Assembly: GCA_963702845.1 (NCBI GenBank)
Contig: OY969763.1
Span: 1,632,001 to 1,696,000, forward strand
DNA length: 64,000 nucleotides
Direction: 5' to 3'
DNA from: an uncultured Verrucomicrobiae bacterium
Lineage (GTDB): Bacteria; Verrucomicrobiota; Verrucomicrobiia; Limisphaerales; Palsa-1400
Shown: in pieces, positions 29,613-39,161 of the stretch
Layout: each line of letters opens with the position of its first letter
Numbering within the stretch: the stretch's first letter is position 1
The notes under the pieces: generated by a model
What the model saw: only the letters and a program-made list of their open reading frames with translations
Told to the model about the DNA's origin: nothing
Database searches by the model: none
Program-made: the position numbers and the translations under genes

Positions 29613-31115
29613 ATGGCAGCGACAATGAATGAACAATTAATCCGCGACGTCGTTGCGGATGTGCTGAGCCGAATCGGCGCCCCTGCGCCTGTCGTGGCAC
29701 CCGTGCCTGCGCCAGCCGCGAAAGCGGATTGCGGATGTCACAATAAGAACAACGGCAACGGTGCCGCCATTTCGCGCGGTGGACAACATGGAGTTTTCCA
29801 AACCGCCGCCGAAGCATGCGAAGCCGCCGCGGCATCATTTGTGAAATTGCAACAAGGCGGTGTTGCCGCACGCCGCAAGGTTATCGACGTCGTCAAAACG
29901 ATGTGCGACGCCAATGCCGCGGAGTGGGGCCGCATCGAACTTGAAGAAACCAAGATCGGACGTCTCGATCATAAGATCGAAAAGCTGCAGGGCATCAAGA
30001 ACGTTCCGGGTATCGAATGGTTACAGCCGAGAGGATTTAGCGGCGATCACGGCATTAGTCTGGAAGAATTTACTCCGTTTGGCGTGGTGGGAGCCGTGAC
30101 GCCATCAACGCACTCCATTCCTACGCTCGCGTGCAATGTCGTCAACATGGTTGCTGCGGGTAACTCCGTCGTATTCAATGCGCATCCGAACGCTTCAAAA
30201 TGCGCCGCGATGGCGGTTCGCGAATTCAATAAAGCAATTCAGCGTGAAACCGGAATCGACAACGTTTTTTGCATCATCGAGCAGCCTACTTTTGATTCAT
30301 TCAAAGAGATGTGCGCGCACGAAGCCGTCCGCTTGCTATGCGTCACCGGCGGTCCTGCTGTGGTGAAAGCTGCCATGCAAACCGGTAAGCGCGCGATTTG
30401 CGCCGGCCCTGGTAATCCTCCTGTATTCGTTGACGACACGCCGTGCATGAAGCGCGCAGCGACCTCGATCATCAAAGGAGCAGCTTACGACAACAACTTG
30501 CTGTGCATCGGCGAAAAAGAAGTCTTCGCGCTCGACAAGATCGCGGACGAACTCATGGGGCAGATGGAGAAGAATGGCGCTGTTCGCCTGAACGCGTCGC
30601 AACTCGATGCGCTCACCAAAGCAGCATTCACATTCAAACCCGGTCACGGTGGCGGCTGCGCTGAACCGAGCGTGAATAGAGATTTCATCGGCAAAGATCC
30701 ATCGGTGTTAGCGAAAGCCGCTGGAATTAATTTGCCGGCTGGCACTCAACTCTTGTTCGCAGAAACCGACGCAAAACATCCGTTTGTCGTCGAAGAGCAA
30801 ATGATGCCGTTCATTCCAGTCGTTCGCGTCAAGAGCGTCGAAGATGGAATCGAAGCTTCGAAAGCTGCTGAACACAATTACAAGCACACCGCGATCATCC
30901 ACTCGCACGATATTGAAAATATCACCGCGATGGGACGCGCGTTGGACACGACTTTATACGTCAAAAATGGCCCATGCATGGCTGGTCTGGGCGCAGGTGG
31001 CGAAGGTTACCTGAGCTTCTCCATCGCCACGCCAACCGGTGAAGGCGTGACGAACCCCGGAACATTCACCCGCGTCCGCCGCTGCATCATGGTCGACAAT
31101 TTGAGGATTTACTAA
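29613..31115 (+). CDS. BMC acylating aldehyde dehydrogenase (EutE/PduP family)
   Basis: PFGVVGAVTPSTH, TGGPAVV, GPGNPP, NNLLCIGEK, EQMMP; N-terminal amphipathic helix. Confidence 0.93.
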   Translation: MAATMNEQLIRDVVADVLSRIGAPAPVVAPVPAPAAKADCGCHNKNNGNGAAISRGGQHGVFQTAAEACEAAAASFVKLQQGGVAARRKVIDVVKTMCDANAAEWGRIELEETKIGRLDHKIEKLQGIKNVPGIEWLQPRGFSGDHGISLEEFTPFGVVGAVTPSTHSIPTLACNVVNMVAAGNSVVFNAHPNASKCAAMAVREFNKAIQRETGIDNVFCIIEQPTFDSFKEMCAHEAVRLLCVTGGPAVVKAAMQTGKRAICAGPGNPPVFVDDTPCMKRAATSIIKGAAYDNNLLCIGEKEVFALDKIADELMGQMEKNGAVRLNASQLDALTKAAFTFKPGHGGGCAEPSVNRDFIGKDPSVLAKAAGINLPAGTQLLFAETDAKHPFVVEEQMMPFIPVVRVKSVEDGIEASKAAEHNYKHTAIIHSHDIENITAMGRALDTTLYVKNGPCMAGLGAGGEGYLSFSIATPTGEGVTNPGTFTRVRRCIMVDNLRIY

Positions 31116-31394
31116 ATGTTACTCGCTCGCGTCGAAGGCAATTTGATTGCGACTCGGAAACATCCGAGCTTCGAAGGCTGGCGTTTAGTCATTTGTCAGC
31201 CCATCGATCTGACCGGCAAGCCCGAAGGCGTGCCGCAAATTGCTATCGACGCACACGGTGCGGGCATGCATCAGCAGGTGGTGATTTCGTCTGACGGTTC
31301 GGCAGCGCGCAATGCTGTCGGCGACCCCAAAAGCCCAGTCCGCTGGATGGTAGTCGGAATCGTCGACGAAAAAGAACCGGGGGTGGCCGTATGA
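31116..31394 (+). CDS. BMC-P vertex protein (EutN/CcmL family)
   Basis: MLLARVEGNLIATRKH, AIDAHGAG, VGIVD. Confidence 0.92.
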   Translation: MLLARVEGNLIATRKHPSFEGWRLVICQPIDLTGKPEGVPQIAIDAHGAGMHQQVVISSDGSAARNAVGDPKSPVRWMVVGIVDEKEPGVAV

Positions 31395-31651
31395 CCCTCG
31401 CAAGCGGCTTTCTTAATATGAACCCGATTTCGCTAAGAAGCGTTTCCATTTGCTCCTCCTTAAACTGCGGCGTGATGAAGTATAGAGCTTTATTGAACAA
31501 CTTGGGAAAAATGGCGAGTGCGACCCACTGCGACTGGGGTGCGACTACAATTGAATTTGTCGCACCCAGTAACACCCAGTCGCACCTAGTCGCGCCCAGT
31601 CGCAGTAGTTTTTTTTCGCTTTTTTTCGCGGCAATTGGAGGTGCGTCATGA
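31391..31651 (+). repeat. Intervening element with inverted and 10-bp tandem repeats spanning an 86-codon ORF
   Basis: cgcacccagt aacacccagt cgcacctagt cgcgcccagt cgcagt (31561-31606) with complementary units at about 31514-31546; ATGA overlaps at both ends. Confidence 0.6.
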
Positions 31652-31950
31652 GACTCGGTGCTGTCATAGGTCGCGTAACTTTAAGCAAGACCGTGGACGA
31701 ACTCCGCGGCGCTCGCTGGCTCATCGTCAGCCCATTCACGCACGAACATTTTCAACAGGGCGAAAACACGCCAGTCGGCTTGAGCAAGGATCCAAGCCTG
31801 GTCATTTACGATGACCTCGGCGGCGGTGTGGGCCAGACCGTGGGTTTCGTGGAAGGCCGCGAAGCTGCCCAACCATTCGATAAACCAACTCCTATCGACG
31901 CGATCAATGCCGCGTTGGTGGACAACATTTTCTACTCACCGTTTAAATGA
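31648..31950 (+). CDS. BMC-P vertex protein (EutN/CcmL family)
   Basis: MRLGAVIGRVTLS, YDDLGGGVG, EGREAAQPF, IDAINAALVD. Confidence 0.9.
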   Translation: MRLGAVIGRVTLSKTVDELRGARWLIVSPFTHEHFQQGENTPVGLSKDPSLVIYDDLGGGVGQTVGFVEGREAAQPFDKPTPIDAINAALVDNIFYSPFK

Positions 31951-32999
31951 AACAAATTATCAGCGTTAAGGACTTAGAAGAGATGTCGCGCAACGGAGGT
32001 ATATCCCTTCCGAGCGACGCCATTCTCACTCCGTCGGCTCGCGATTACATGCGCGAAATCGAGAACGGCAACGAACCTGCGCGTCCAACTTCTCGCAACG
32101 GCAATAGCGAATCGTCGTCCAAGCCTGCGAAACCAGTGACGTCAAAAAGTTCACCGAAGGAGATTGAAGCATTTTTCAATTCGCCGGAAATTCACGCGCT
32201 TAAGCTCCAAATTTGCGACGTCGGCCGCCGGCTCTGGCAACGCGCCTACGTCGATGGTAACGGTGGCAACATCGCCATCCGGGTCGGCGAAGATATCGCG
32301 CTCTGCACGCCGACCCTCGTCTCCAAAGGTTTCATGAAACCCGAGGACTTGTGCCTGGTTGATCTGGAAGGAAAGCAACTCGCGGGAACCAAGAAGCGGA
32401 CGAGCGAGATCCTCATGCATTTAGAGATCATGAAGCGGCAGCCGAAGGCTCTTGCGACTGCGCATTGCCATCCGCCGCACGCCACGGCGTTTGCTGTGGC
32501 TGGTGTTGAGCCGCCGACCTGCATGATTCCTGAAATCGAAGTATTCATCGGCAAGGTCCCGCTCGCTCCATATCGCACGCCCGGCACTCCGGAAATGGGC
32601 AAGCTCGTCGCCGATCTCGTGGACAAACACAACACGGTTTTGATGGGTAATCACGGGGCTGTTTCCTGGAGCCACGTCAGCGTTGAAGACGCCTATTTCA
32701 AAATGGAAATTTTGGAGGCGTATTGTCGCACGGTTTGGGTCGCATCACAACTCGGTCAGCCGCTCAAAACGTTTACCGCGGAACAACTCAAAGATCTTTT
32801 GCGCATTAAACAAGGCCTCGGTATTCCCGACCCGCGTATCGGTCTCAAAGAGTGCGAACTTTGCGATAACAATGAATGGCGCCCAGGCGTTAGTTGCGCA
32901 GTGCAAAACGCCGAAGCACAAAACGGTGCTGCAGCTGACGCTGAAGCCGAGGCCTTGGTGCAGACAATCACCGACCAGATTTTGCAGCGCGCCAAATAG
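31947..32999 (+). CDS. Class II aldolase (fuculose/rhamnulose-1-phosphate aldolase-like)
   Basis: GNGGNI, TSEILMH, HCHPPHAT, LMGNHG; C-terminal amphipathic helix. Confidence 0.92.
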   Translation: MKQIISVKDLEEMSRNGGISLPSDAILTPSARDYMREIENGNEPARPTSRNGNSESSSKPAKPVTSKSSPKEIEAFFNSPEIHALKLQICDVGRRLWQRAYVDGNGGNIAIRVGEDIALCTPTLVSKGFMKPEDLCLVDLEGKQLAGTKKRTSEILMHLEIMKRQPKALATAHCHPPHATAFAVAGVEPPTCMIPEIEVFIGKVPLAPYRTPGTPEMGKLVADLVDKHNTVLMGNHGAVSWSHVSVEDAYFKMEILEAYCRTVWVASQLGQPLKTFTAEQLKDLLRIKQGLGIPDPRIGLKECELCDNNEWRPGVSCAVQNAEAQNGAAADAEAEALVQTITDQILQRAK

Positions 33000-33002
33000 C
33001 GT

Positions 33003-33653
33003 ATGCCCCTGAGACATCTTTTCGAAAACAACCGCCAATGGTCACAGCAGATCACTGCTGAGGATCCCAGGTTTTTTGAAAAGCTCTCTAAACAACAATC
33101 GCCCGGATACTTGTGGATCGGATGCGCCGATAGCCGAGTGCCGGCGAACGAAATCGTCGGCCTGCTTCCTGGCGAGTTATTCGTCCACCGCAACGTGGCA
33201 AACGTTGTTGTCCATTCCGATTTGAATTGTTTGTCAGTCATGCAATACGCCGTTGACGTGTTGAAAGTGAAACACATCATCGTATGTGGTCACTACGGCT
33301 GCGGCGGTGTCCAGGCCGCCCTCCGCGACCAACGTCTCGGCCTTATCGACAATTGGCTTCGCCACGTTCAAGACGTCATTCTCAAATATCCAACGTTTAT
33401 CAGTTCCTGCGGAACCGAAACTGACGCTGTAAATCGCGCGTGCGAACTCAACGTCATTAGCCAAGTCCTTAACGTCGCACAAACAACCATCGTTCAAGCT
33501 GCCTGGGACCGCGGCCAAAACGTGACGATTCACGGATGGGTCTACGGCCTCAAAGATGGGCTGCTCAAAGATTTGAAAGCAACGGTCAATGATCCGAACA
33601 AACTCAAAGAGGCACAGGGTTGCGCGTTGGAAGGCCTGATCGAACCAAAGTAA
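33003..33653 (+). CDS. can: Beta-class carbonic anhydrase
   Basis: WIGCADSRV, HRNVAN, GHYGCGG. Confidence 0.95.
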   Translation: MPLRHLFENNRQWSQQITAEDPRFFEKLSKQQSPGYLWIGCADSRVPANEIVGLLPGELFVHRNVANVVVHSDLNCLSVMQYAVDVLKVKHIIVCGHYGCGGVQAALRDQRLGLIDNWLRHVQDVILKYPTFISSCGTETDAVNRACELNVISQVLNVAQTTIVQAAWDRGQNVTIHGWVYGLKDGLLKDLKATVNDPNKLKEAQGCALEGLIEPK

Positions 33654-33657
33654 GTAA

Positions 33658-34929
33658 ATGAAGTCGCTCGATAAAAAATTAGCGGAAGTAAAAGCGAACC
33701 GAGCCTCGCGGGCTTTCGTGATTGCTGATGCCAAAGACGCGGACATGGCGTTTGGTGTGCGTGCCCCCGGCCCGCGCAGTTACTTGTCAAAACACGGGGT
33801 GCGACATGCCGCTTTCTCGCCCGAAATCTGGAGTCGCGAAGAATACGGCTACCGCAACTTGCCTGAATTCCTGGACATCATCCGCGAAGTCACCCACCAG
33901 GGGCTAATCGACATCATGCTTATGTCGGCTTACGTGAATGAACAACTAACGATCAAAGAAGGTCTGTTCAAAAACTCCCACGTTACTCCTGCTGCGCGAG
34001 CTAATGATACGACAGACGTCTGGGCAGTTCGTCACGGCTGTTACACACGCGAGCCAGTCCAAACCTTTCGCTCGGCGTCCATCGACCACATTCAATGCGG
34101 AAAACTCGAATGTGAACTGGAGGGCGATGAAGTCCCTGGTGCAAACCTCGGATTATATTCCGTCACGTTCATTAACGATCTCGATCAAGACCGTGCTACG
34201 GTCCAGGCTTTTAAAGAATTTCGCGAAGAAGCGGAACGTAAAAAGTTCCGTTACTTCCTCGAGGTGTTCGATCCGAATGTCGACAGCGGAATTCCGGCAG
34301 AAAAATTGGGTGAGTTTATTAACGACAATATTATCCGCACGCTCGCCGGCGTTCCTGAATCCGGCAGACCTGTGTTTTTGAAGATTGTTTATCACGGTCC
34401 GCGCGCGATGGAAGAGTTGGCGCAATACGATCCCAACCTCGTCGTTGGCATTCTTGGAGGCAGCGCGGGCACAACCTACGACGCTTTCAAGCTAATCCAC
34501 GACGCGCAAAAGTACGGCGCTCGCGTCGCGCTTTTTGGTCGTAAAATTAATAACGCCGAGCACCAACTCGCATTCATCGAAATGCTGCGATTAATTACGG
34601 ACGGCAAAATCTCTCCTGAAGAAGCCGTGCATGCGTACCACGGTGTTCTTCAAGGCAAAGGCATCAAGCCTCGCTTGCCCTTGGAGAAGGACCTGGTGTT
34701 AACTGACCAGGCAATGAGCTACGGCGGCGGATCCTCGGGTCGAACAGTCGTTAATGTTCAAAACAATCCGTTGCGCACTGCGACTGCCAGCAACGGCGCA
34801 AGCAAGCCATCAAGCAACGGTCACGTTGACTGGCCGATAGGTTCCAACGGAAGACCGGATTTTGGTCGGATGAATTCAGAGCAACGCCGCGCCTACGACA
34901 ATCATCGACTCACGCGGAAGTTCGGCTGA
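33658..34929 (+). CDS. Hypothetical protein, probable TIM-barrel class I aldolase-like fold
   Basis: YFLEVF, FLKI, GILGGS, ALFGRKI resemble class I aldolase strands; inference only. Confidence 0.6.
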   Translation: MKSLDKKLAEVKANRASRAFVIADAKDADMAFGVRAPGPRSYLSKHGVRHAAFSPEIWSREEYGYRNLPEFLDIIREVTHQGLIDIMLMSAYVNEQLTIKEGLFKNSHVTPAARANDTTDVWAVRHGCYTREPVQTFRSASIDHIQCGKLECELEGDEVPGANLGLYSVTFINDLDQDRATVQAFKEFREEAERKKFRYFLEVFDPNVDSGIPAEKLGEFINDNIIRTLAGVPESGRPVFLKIVYHGPRAMEELAQYDPNLVVGILGGSAGTTYDAFKLIHDAQKYGARVALFGRKINNAEHQLAFIEMLRLITDGKISPEEAVHAYHGVLQGKGIKPRLPLEKDLVLTDQAMSYGGGSSGRTVVNVQNNPLRTATASNGASKPSSNGHVDWPIGSNGRPDFGRMNSEQRRAYDNHRLTRKFG

Positions 34930-35965
34930 TCCGATCGGCGATCTGCCGGTGCGCACTGCTAAACGCAAGTTTCTGCAATTCGGTTTTGGAAACCCATTTG
35001 CCAACCAAACCGGTTTTTGGAGTGGCATTGTATACATCCATCTGAATGCGGTAGCGCGTTATCGAATGCCTGATCGTGAACGCTGGCTTTCCGTCTGCTG
35101 AAAACGGCACCACCGGTGCGTTTGCAGCAACGGGGATTTCAACATTAGGGAACTCCCACAAGTGCGCATTAACGACTCCTGCAGGACGTTGCTGCACCAA
35201 CCAGCGCTGATTCTTTTCGACGATAAATGCCGCGAATTTTCGCTGAGTCGCTGCCTGACGCTTTTCAATTGCGGGCAATTCATCAACGCGCTTGGTGCGA
35301 AAGGCGACGCAATTCCGTTGCAATGGACAAATCGTGCACTGAGGCATGCGCGGCGTGCAGGTCAGCGCTCCCAGCTCCATTAGCGACTGATTGAAATGAC
35401 TGACGGCATTGGTGCCGGAAGACTTGGCCGACAATTGCACCAACTCTTCGGCTAGTTTCCACAGCTGAACGCTAACTGTCTTATCCTTGGGATTGCCTTC
35501 GATGCTGAAGACTCGCGCGAGAACTCGAATCACGTTGCCGTCCACAATGGGGGTCGGTTGATTGAACGCGATGCTACAGATTGCGCCTGCGGTGTATCGT
35601 CCGATTCCCGGCAATTCCAGCACGGCTTCGTGCGTTGTTGGGAATTGTCCTTTGTAATCCGTCACAACGACCTGTGCCGCTTTGTGCGCATTGTGAACTC
35701 GCGTGTAGTAACCAAGTCCTTCCCACAATTTGAGAAAACGTTCCGGCCTGGCTGTGGCAAAAGTTTCGATGGTTGGCAGCGTGCGCATCCAACGTTCCCA
35801 ATACGGAATCACCGTTTTCACCTGCGTCTGCTGCAGCATGATTTCGGAAATCCAAATTGCATAAGGATCGCGGGTGCGACGCCAGGGCAGGTCACGAGCG
35901 TTCTTGTCGAACCAGCGGAGCAGGGCGGTGACGATTGGGCGATTGGACTTTGAAGTATTCTTCAC
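34910..35965 (-). CDS. mutY: A/G-specific adenine glycosylase
   Basis: SEIMLQQTQV, WEGLGYY, LPGIGRYTAGA, Cx6Cx2Cx5C Fe-S motif. Confidence 0.95.
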   Translation of the reverse strand: MKNTSKSNRPIVTALLRWFDKNARDLPWRRTRDPYAIWISEIMLQQTQVKTVIPYWERWMRTLPTIETFATARPERFLKLWEGLGYYTRVHNAHKAAQVVVTDYKGQFPTTHEAVLELPGIGRYTAGAICSIAFNQPTPIVDGNVIRVLARVFSIEGNPKDKTVSVQLWKLAEELVQLSAKSSGTNAVSHFNQSLMELGALTCTPRMPQCTICPLQRNCVAFRTKRVDELPAIEKRQAATQRKFAAFIVEKNQRWLVQQRPAGVVNAHLWEFPNVEIPVAANAPVVPFSADGKPAFTIRHSITRYRIQMDVYNATPKTGLVGKWVSKTELQKLAFSSAHRQIADRISRTSA

Positions 35966-36016
35966 GAACGTTATTTATTGCTGCAAAAATACGCCCAAAG
36001 CGCAAACCTATAACGA

Positions 36017-37000
36017 GTGAAACCGCTGACGATTTACACGACCAAGTTGACCGATGCGCAAGCGACCGCATTGGAGAATTATGTGCGCGAAGAGGATTTC
36101 ACATTCCGGGAAGTTCCTTACGCGAAATTCGCCGCGGAGAAGAACAAGACCAACGTCGTGTTTTACCAAAGCGGCAAGCTCGTGGTGCAAGGGAAAGGGA
36201 CGCAGGAGTTTGTTGAATTCGTGCTCGAGCCGCAAATCCTTCAAGAAGTAAAACTTGGCTACGAAACGATACTCAATCCGGAGTTGCTCGCTCCGCGAAT
36301 CGGGGTGGACGAAAGTGGCAAGGGCGATTTCTTTGGGCCGATGTGCATCGCTGGCGTTTACGTCAATGAATCCGTAATCGCAGCATGGAAAGAGGTGGGC
36401 ATTCGGGATTCTAAAAATATTTCCAGTGATCGACGGATGGCAGAACTGGCGGATGTCATTCGCAAAACACCCGGATGCGTTTACAGCGTCGTGCCGATTG
36501 GCAACGAAGCTTACAACCGGCTTTACCACACGATGGGCAGCGTCAATCTGGTGCTGGCGTGGGGTCATGCACGTGTCATTGAAAATTTAATGGGAAATGT
36601 TGCCCGAATGAATCCGCCGCCAGTTCGCGCTATCAGTGACCAATTTGCTTATGACAAAGCCACGGTTGGGAAAGCGCTGATGAAACTCGGTCGTGGGATT
36701 GAATTGGTGCAGCGTCATAAAGCTGAAGAAGACATTGCCGTCGCCGCTGCTTCCATTCTGGCGCGCAACGAATTTGTTACCCGCCTCGCCATGCTTTCGA
36801 AGCAATACGAGATGGTCTTGCCGAAAGGTGCATCGGCAGCCGTTGATGCGGCAGCGAAAGAATTCATCGCCAAGCACGGAGTCGATAACCTTGCGAAAGT
36901 CGCCAAAATGCATTTCCGGACGGCGTTGCGCGCCCAAGGTTTGCCTGAACCACCGAAAACGGAGTGGAAACGGCCAGCGAGAAAACCGGTCGACAATTAA
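36017..37000 (+). CDS. rnhC: Ribonuclease HIII
   Basis: N-terminal TBP-like YQSGKLVVQG, IGVDESGKGDFFGP, DSK, VAAASILAR. Confidence 0.92.
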   Translation: MKPLTIYTTKLTDAQATALENYVREEDFTFREVPYAKFAAEKNKTNVVFYQSGKLVVQGKGTQEFVEFVLEPQILQEVKLGYETILNPELLAPRIGVDESGKGDFFGPMCIAGVYVNESVIAAWKEVGIRDSKNISSDRRMAELADVIRKTPGCVYSVVPIGNEAYNRLYHTMGSVNLVLAWGHARVIENLMGNVARMNPPPVRAISDQFAYDKATVGKALMKLGRGIELVQRHKAEEDIAVAAASILARNEFVTRLAMLSKQYEMVLPKGASAAVDAAAKEFIAKHGVDNLAKVAKMHFRTALRAQGLPEPPKTEWKRPARKPVDN

Positions 37001-37044
37001 TTGTTCCCCTTTATTTCGCGGGAGTCTGCTGTTAGATATTCAAG

Positions 37045-38427
37045 GTGATCTCTGTCCTGGAATACCTCGAAAAGAACAACAAACGGTTAATCGGCGAATT
37101 GTGCGACTACATTCGCTTTCCCAGCGTCTCGGCTCAGCCGCAACACGCAAAAGATCTAGCGGCTTGTGCCGACTGGGTCGTTGCTCATTGCAAAAAAATC
37201 GGCCTTGAGGCGCGACTGTGCAAAACAGCCGGCAATCCAATCGTGCTCGCCAAGACTCCTCGGAAGGCCGGCTCAAAAAAGCCGCATTACGTCGTGTATG
37301 GTCATTACGACGTTCAGCCACCGGAGCCATTTGAACTTTGGAAAACGCCGCCGTTTGAGCCGCGGATTGAAGGCGACTCGTTGTTCGCGCGCGGTTCCAG
37401 TGACAACAAAGGACAAAATTTTGCCCACCTTAGCGCGGTCGAAGCCTACCTGAAAACCGGCACTGAATTGCCATGTGACATTACTTTTTTGATCGAAGGA
37501 GAAGAAGAAGTTGGGAGTAAAAGTCTGGCAGCGTTCCTCAAAGATAATCGCAAGGAACTTCAGTGCGAAGCGTTCGTGATTTCCGACACTGGAATGCCGA
37601 GCTTGCGTCACCCCGCGCTGACGTATGCGTTGCGTGGAATTATTTCCGCGGAAGTTATTTTGCATGGACCATCGCGCGATCTGCATTCCGGGATCTATGG
37701 TGGAACGGTAGATAATCCGGCAATGGCTTTGAGCCAGATGCTCGCGCAGCTTCGTGATAAAAATGGCAAGATTGCGGTCCCGGGTTTCTACGACGACGTC
37801 GCGCCGCTTTCCGCCTATGAGCGCAAAGAAATGGCGAAGATGCCAATGACGGAGAAGCAGTATCAACAGTTTCTCGGGGTGCCCAAGTTGTTTGGGGAAA
37901 AAGGTTATACGTTTGTCGAACAACGCAGCGCCCGCCCGACAATTGAAATCAACGGTTTAACGAGCGGCTATCAAGGCGAAGGAAGCAAAACGATTGTGCC
38001 GGCCTGGGCTCGTGCAAAACTGACTTTCCGGTTGGTGCCAAATCAGAAGCCGGATAAGATCCGCAAGGCGGTTGTGAAGCGATTAGAAGAGCTTTGCCCG
38101 CCTACTTGCCGCATGGAATTGAAAGTTGGCCACGGTGGCGAGCCCTATATCGTCTCGCCGAAGAGCGAAATCGCTCAAGCGGCGTTGCGAACGTTGAAAG
38201 CTGCTTTCGGTTGTGAGCCGATGTTGATGCGCGAAGGTGGTTCGATTCCGATCGTGACTCAGTTCAAGAACGTGATTGGCGCGGACTCGCTGCTGCTTGG
38301 GCTGGCGTTGCCGGATGACAACGCACATTCACCGAACGAAAAATTTAGCCTCGACGCATTTGCAAAAGGGATGCGGATGGGGGCACTGCTTTGGCCGGAG
38401 TTGGCGAAGCTCAAAGGTGGGAAATAA
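37045..38427 (+). CDS. M20 family dipeptidase
   Basis: YGHYDVQP, RGSSDNKG, EGEEE, GGSIP, HSPNE. Confidence 0.92.
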   Translation: MISVLEYLEKNNKRLIGELCDYIRFPSVSAQPQHAKDLAACADWVVAHCKKIGLEARLCKTAGNPIVLAKTPRKAGSKKPHYVVYGHYDVQPPEPFELWKTPPFEPRIEGDSLFARGSSDNKGQNFAHLSAVEAYLKTGTELPCDITFLIEGEEEVGSKSLAAFLKDNRKELQCEAFVISDTGMPSLRHPALTYALRGIISAEVILHGPSRDLHSGIYGGTVDNPAMALSQMLAQLRDKNGKIAVPGFYDDVAPLSAYERKEMAKMPMTEKQYQQFLGVPKLFGEKGYTFVEQRSARPTIEINGLTSGYQGEGSKTIVPAWARAKLTFRLVPNQKPDKIRKAVVKRLEELCPPTCRMELKVGHGGEPYIVSPKSEIAQAALRTLKAAFGCEPMLMREGGSIPIVTQFKNVIGADSLLLGLALPDDNAHSPNEKFSLDAFAKGMRMGALLWPELAKLKGGK

Positions 38428-38555
38428 GCGGCTGGAGTAGGCATACCCATACCCAGGGGTAAATAGCCGTCAGGGTGTCAATAATGTTTACGGTAAGGCA
38501 CTTACGTCCAAAATAAGCCGTCAGGCTGACGGTAACCAAACGTCAGGCGCTGATT

Positions 38556-39161
38556 TTAGCGGTCCGGAACTGCCTGCAAATCCTGCGCCGTCCAAGGTTG
38601 CGTGCGGGCTTTCTCTTTAGCACGAATCGCTTTGACCTGTTCTTCCGTGACTGCCGGAGCCTTGTTGTCCCAGTTATTGCGAATATAGGTCAGGACTGCG
38701 GCGATTTGATAGTCGTTGAACGAGGCTTTCCAGGAAGCCATGGCAAGATTCCATTCTGTGCCTTTGACGCTCACTGGTCCTTGAAAACCATCGAGGACGA
38801 CCCGAATAATGCGGTCGGGTTTGGGCGCAAGCACCCATTCGGAACCGGCGAGTGGCGGAGCCTTGCCTATTTCACCCATGCCGTGAGGTTGATGGCAAAG
38901 TGAGCAGGTGGAGTCGAAAACTTTTTTGCCATCTCTGGCAAGCATTGCGTTTGCGTCTTTAGGCTGCGCTTCGTCTACAGCGTAGAAGTTATCCCAGCCG
39001 TGGTAGACTTTCGGATTAAACCCGCCTGCGTTGCGATCGAGATAAACCATGCCCCAGTAGAAAAACAGACCCAGCAGCAAAATGAGCCACATCGGAACGC
39101 TGGAATAACCGGCGCTCGGTTCGTTATCGCGGCGAAGATTTTGTTTGTCGTTCGGGCTCAT
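38556..39161 (-). CDS. Membrane-anchored monoheme cytochrome c (CcoP-like position)
   Basis: CSLCH, PPLAGSEWV, distal Met. Confidence 0.85.
   Translation of the reverse strand: MSPNDKQNLRRDNEPSAGYSSVPMWLILLLGLFFYWGMVYLDRNAGGFNPKVYHGWDNFYAVDEAQPKDANAMLARDGKKVFDSTCSLCHQPHGMGEIGKAPPLAGSEWVLAPKPDRIIRVVLDGFQGPVSVKGTEWNLAMASWKASFNDYQIAAVLTYIRNNWDNKAPAVTEEQVKAIRAKEKARTQPWTAQDLQAVPDR

Noticed and set aside
26464..33653. Carboxysome (shell proteins plus carbonic anhydrase)
   Set aside because: No RuBisCO, CsoS2 or CcmM; PduL, acetate kinase and aldehyde dehydrogenase define a catabolic metabolosome.
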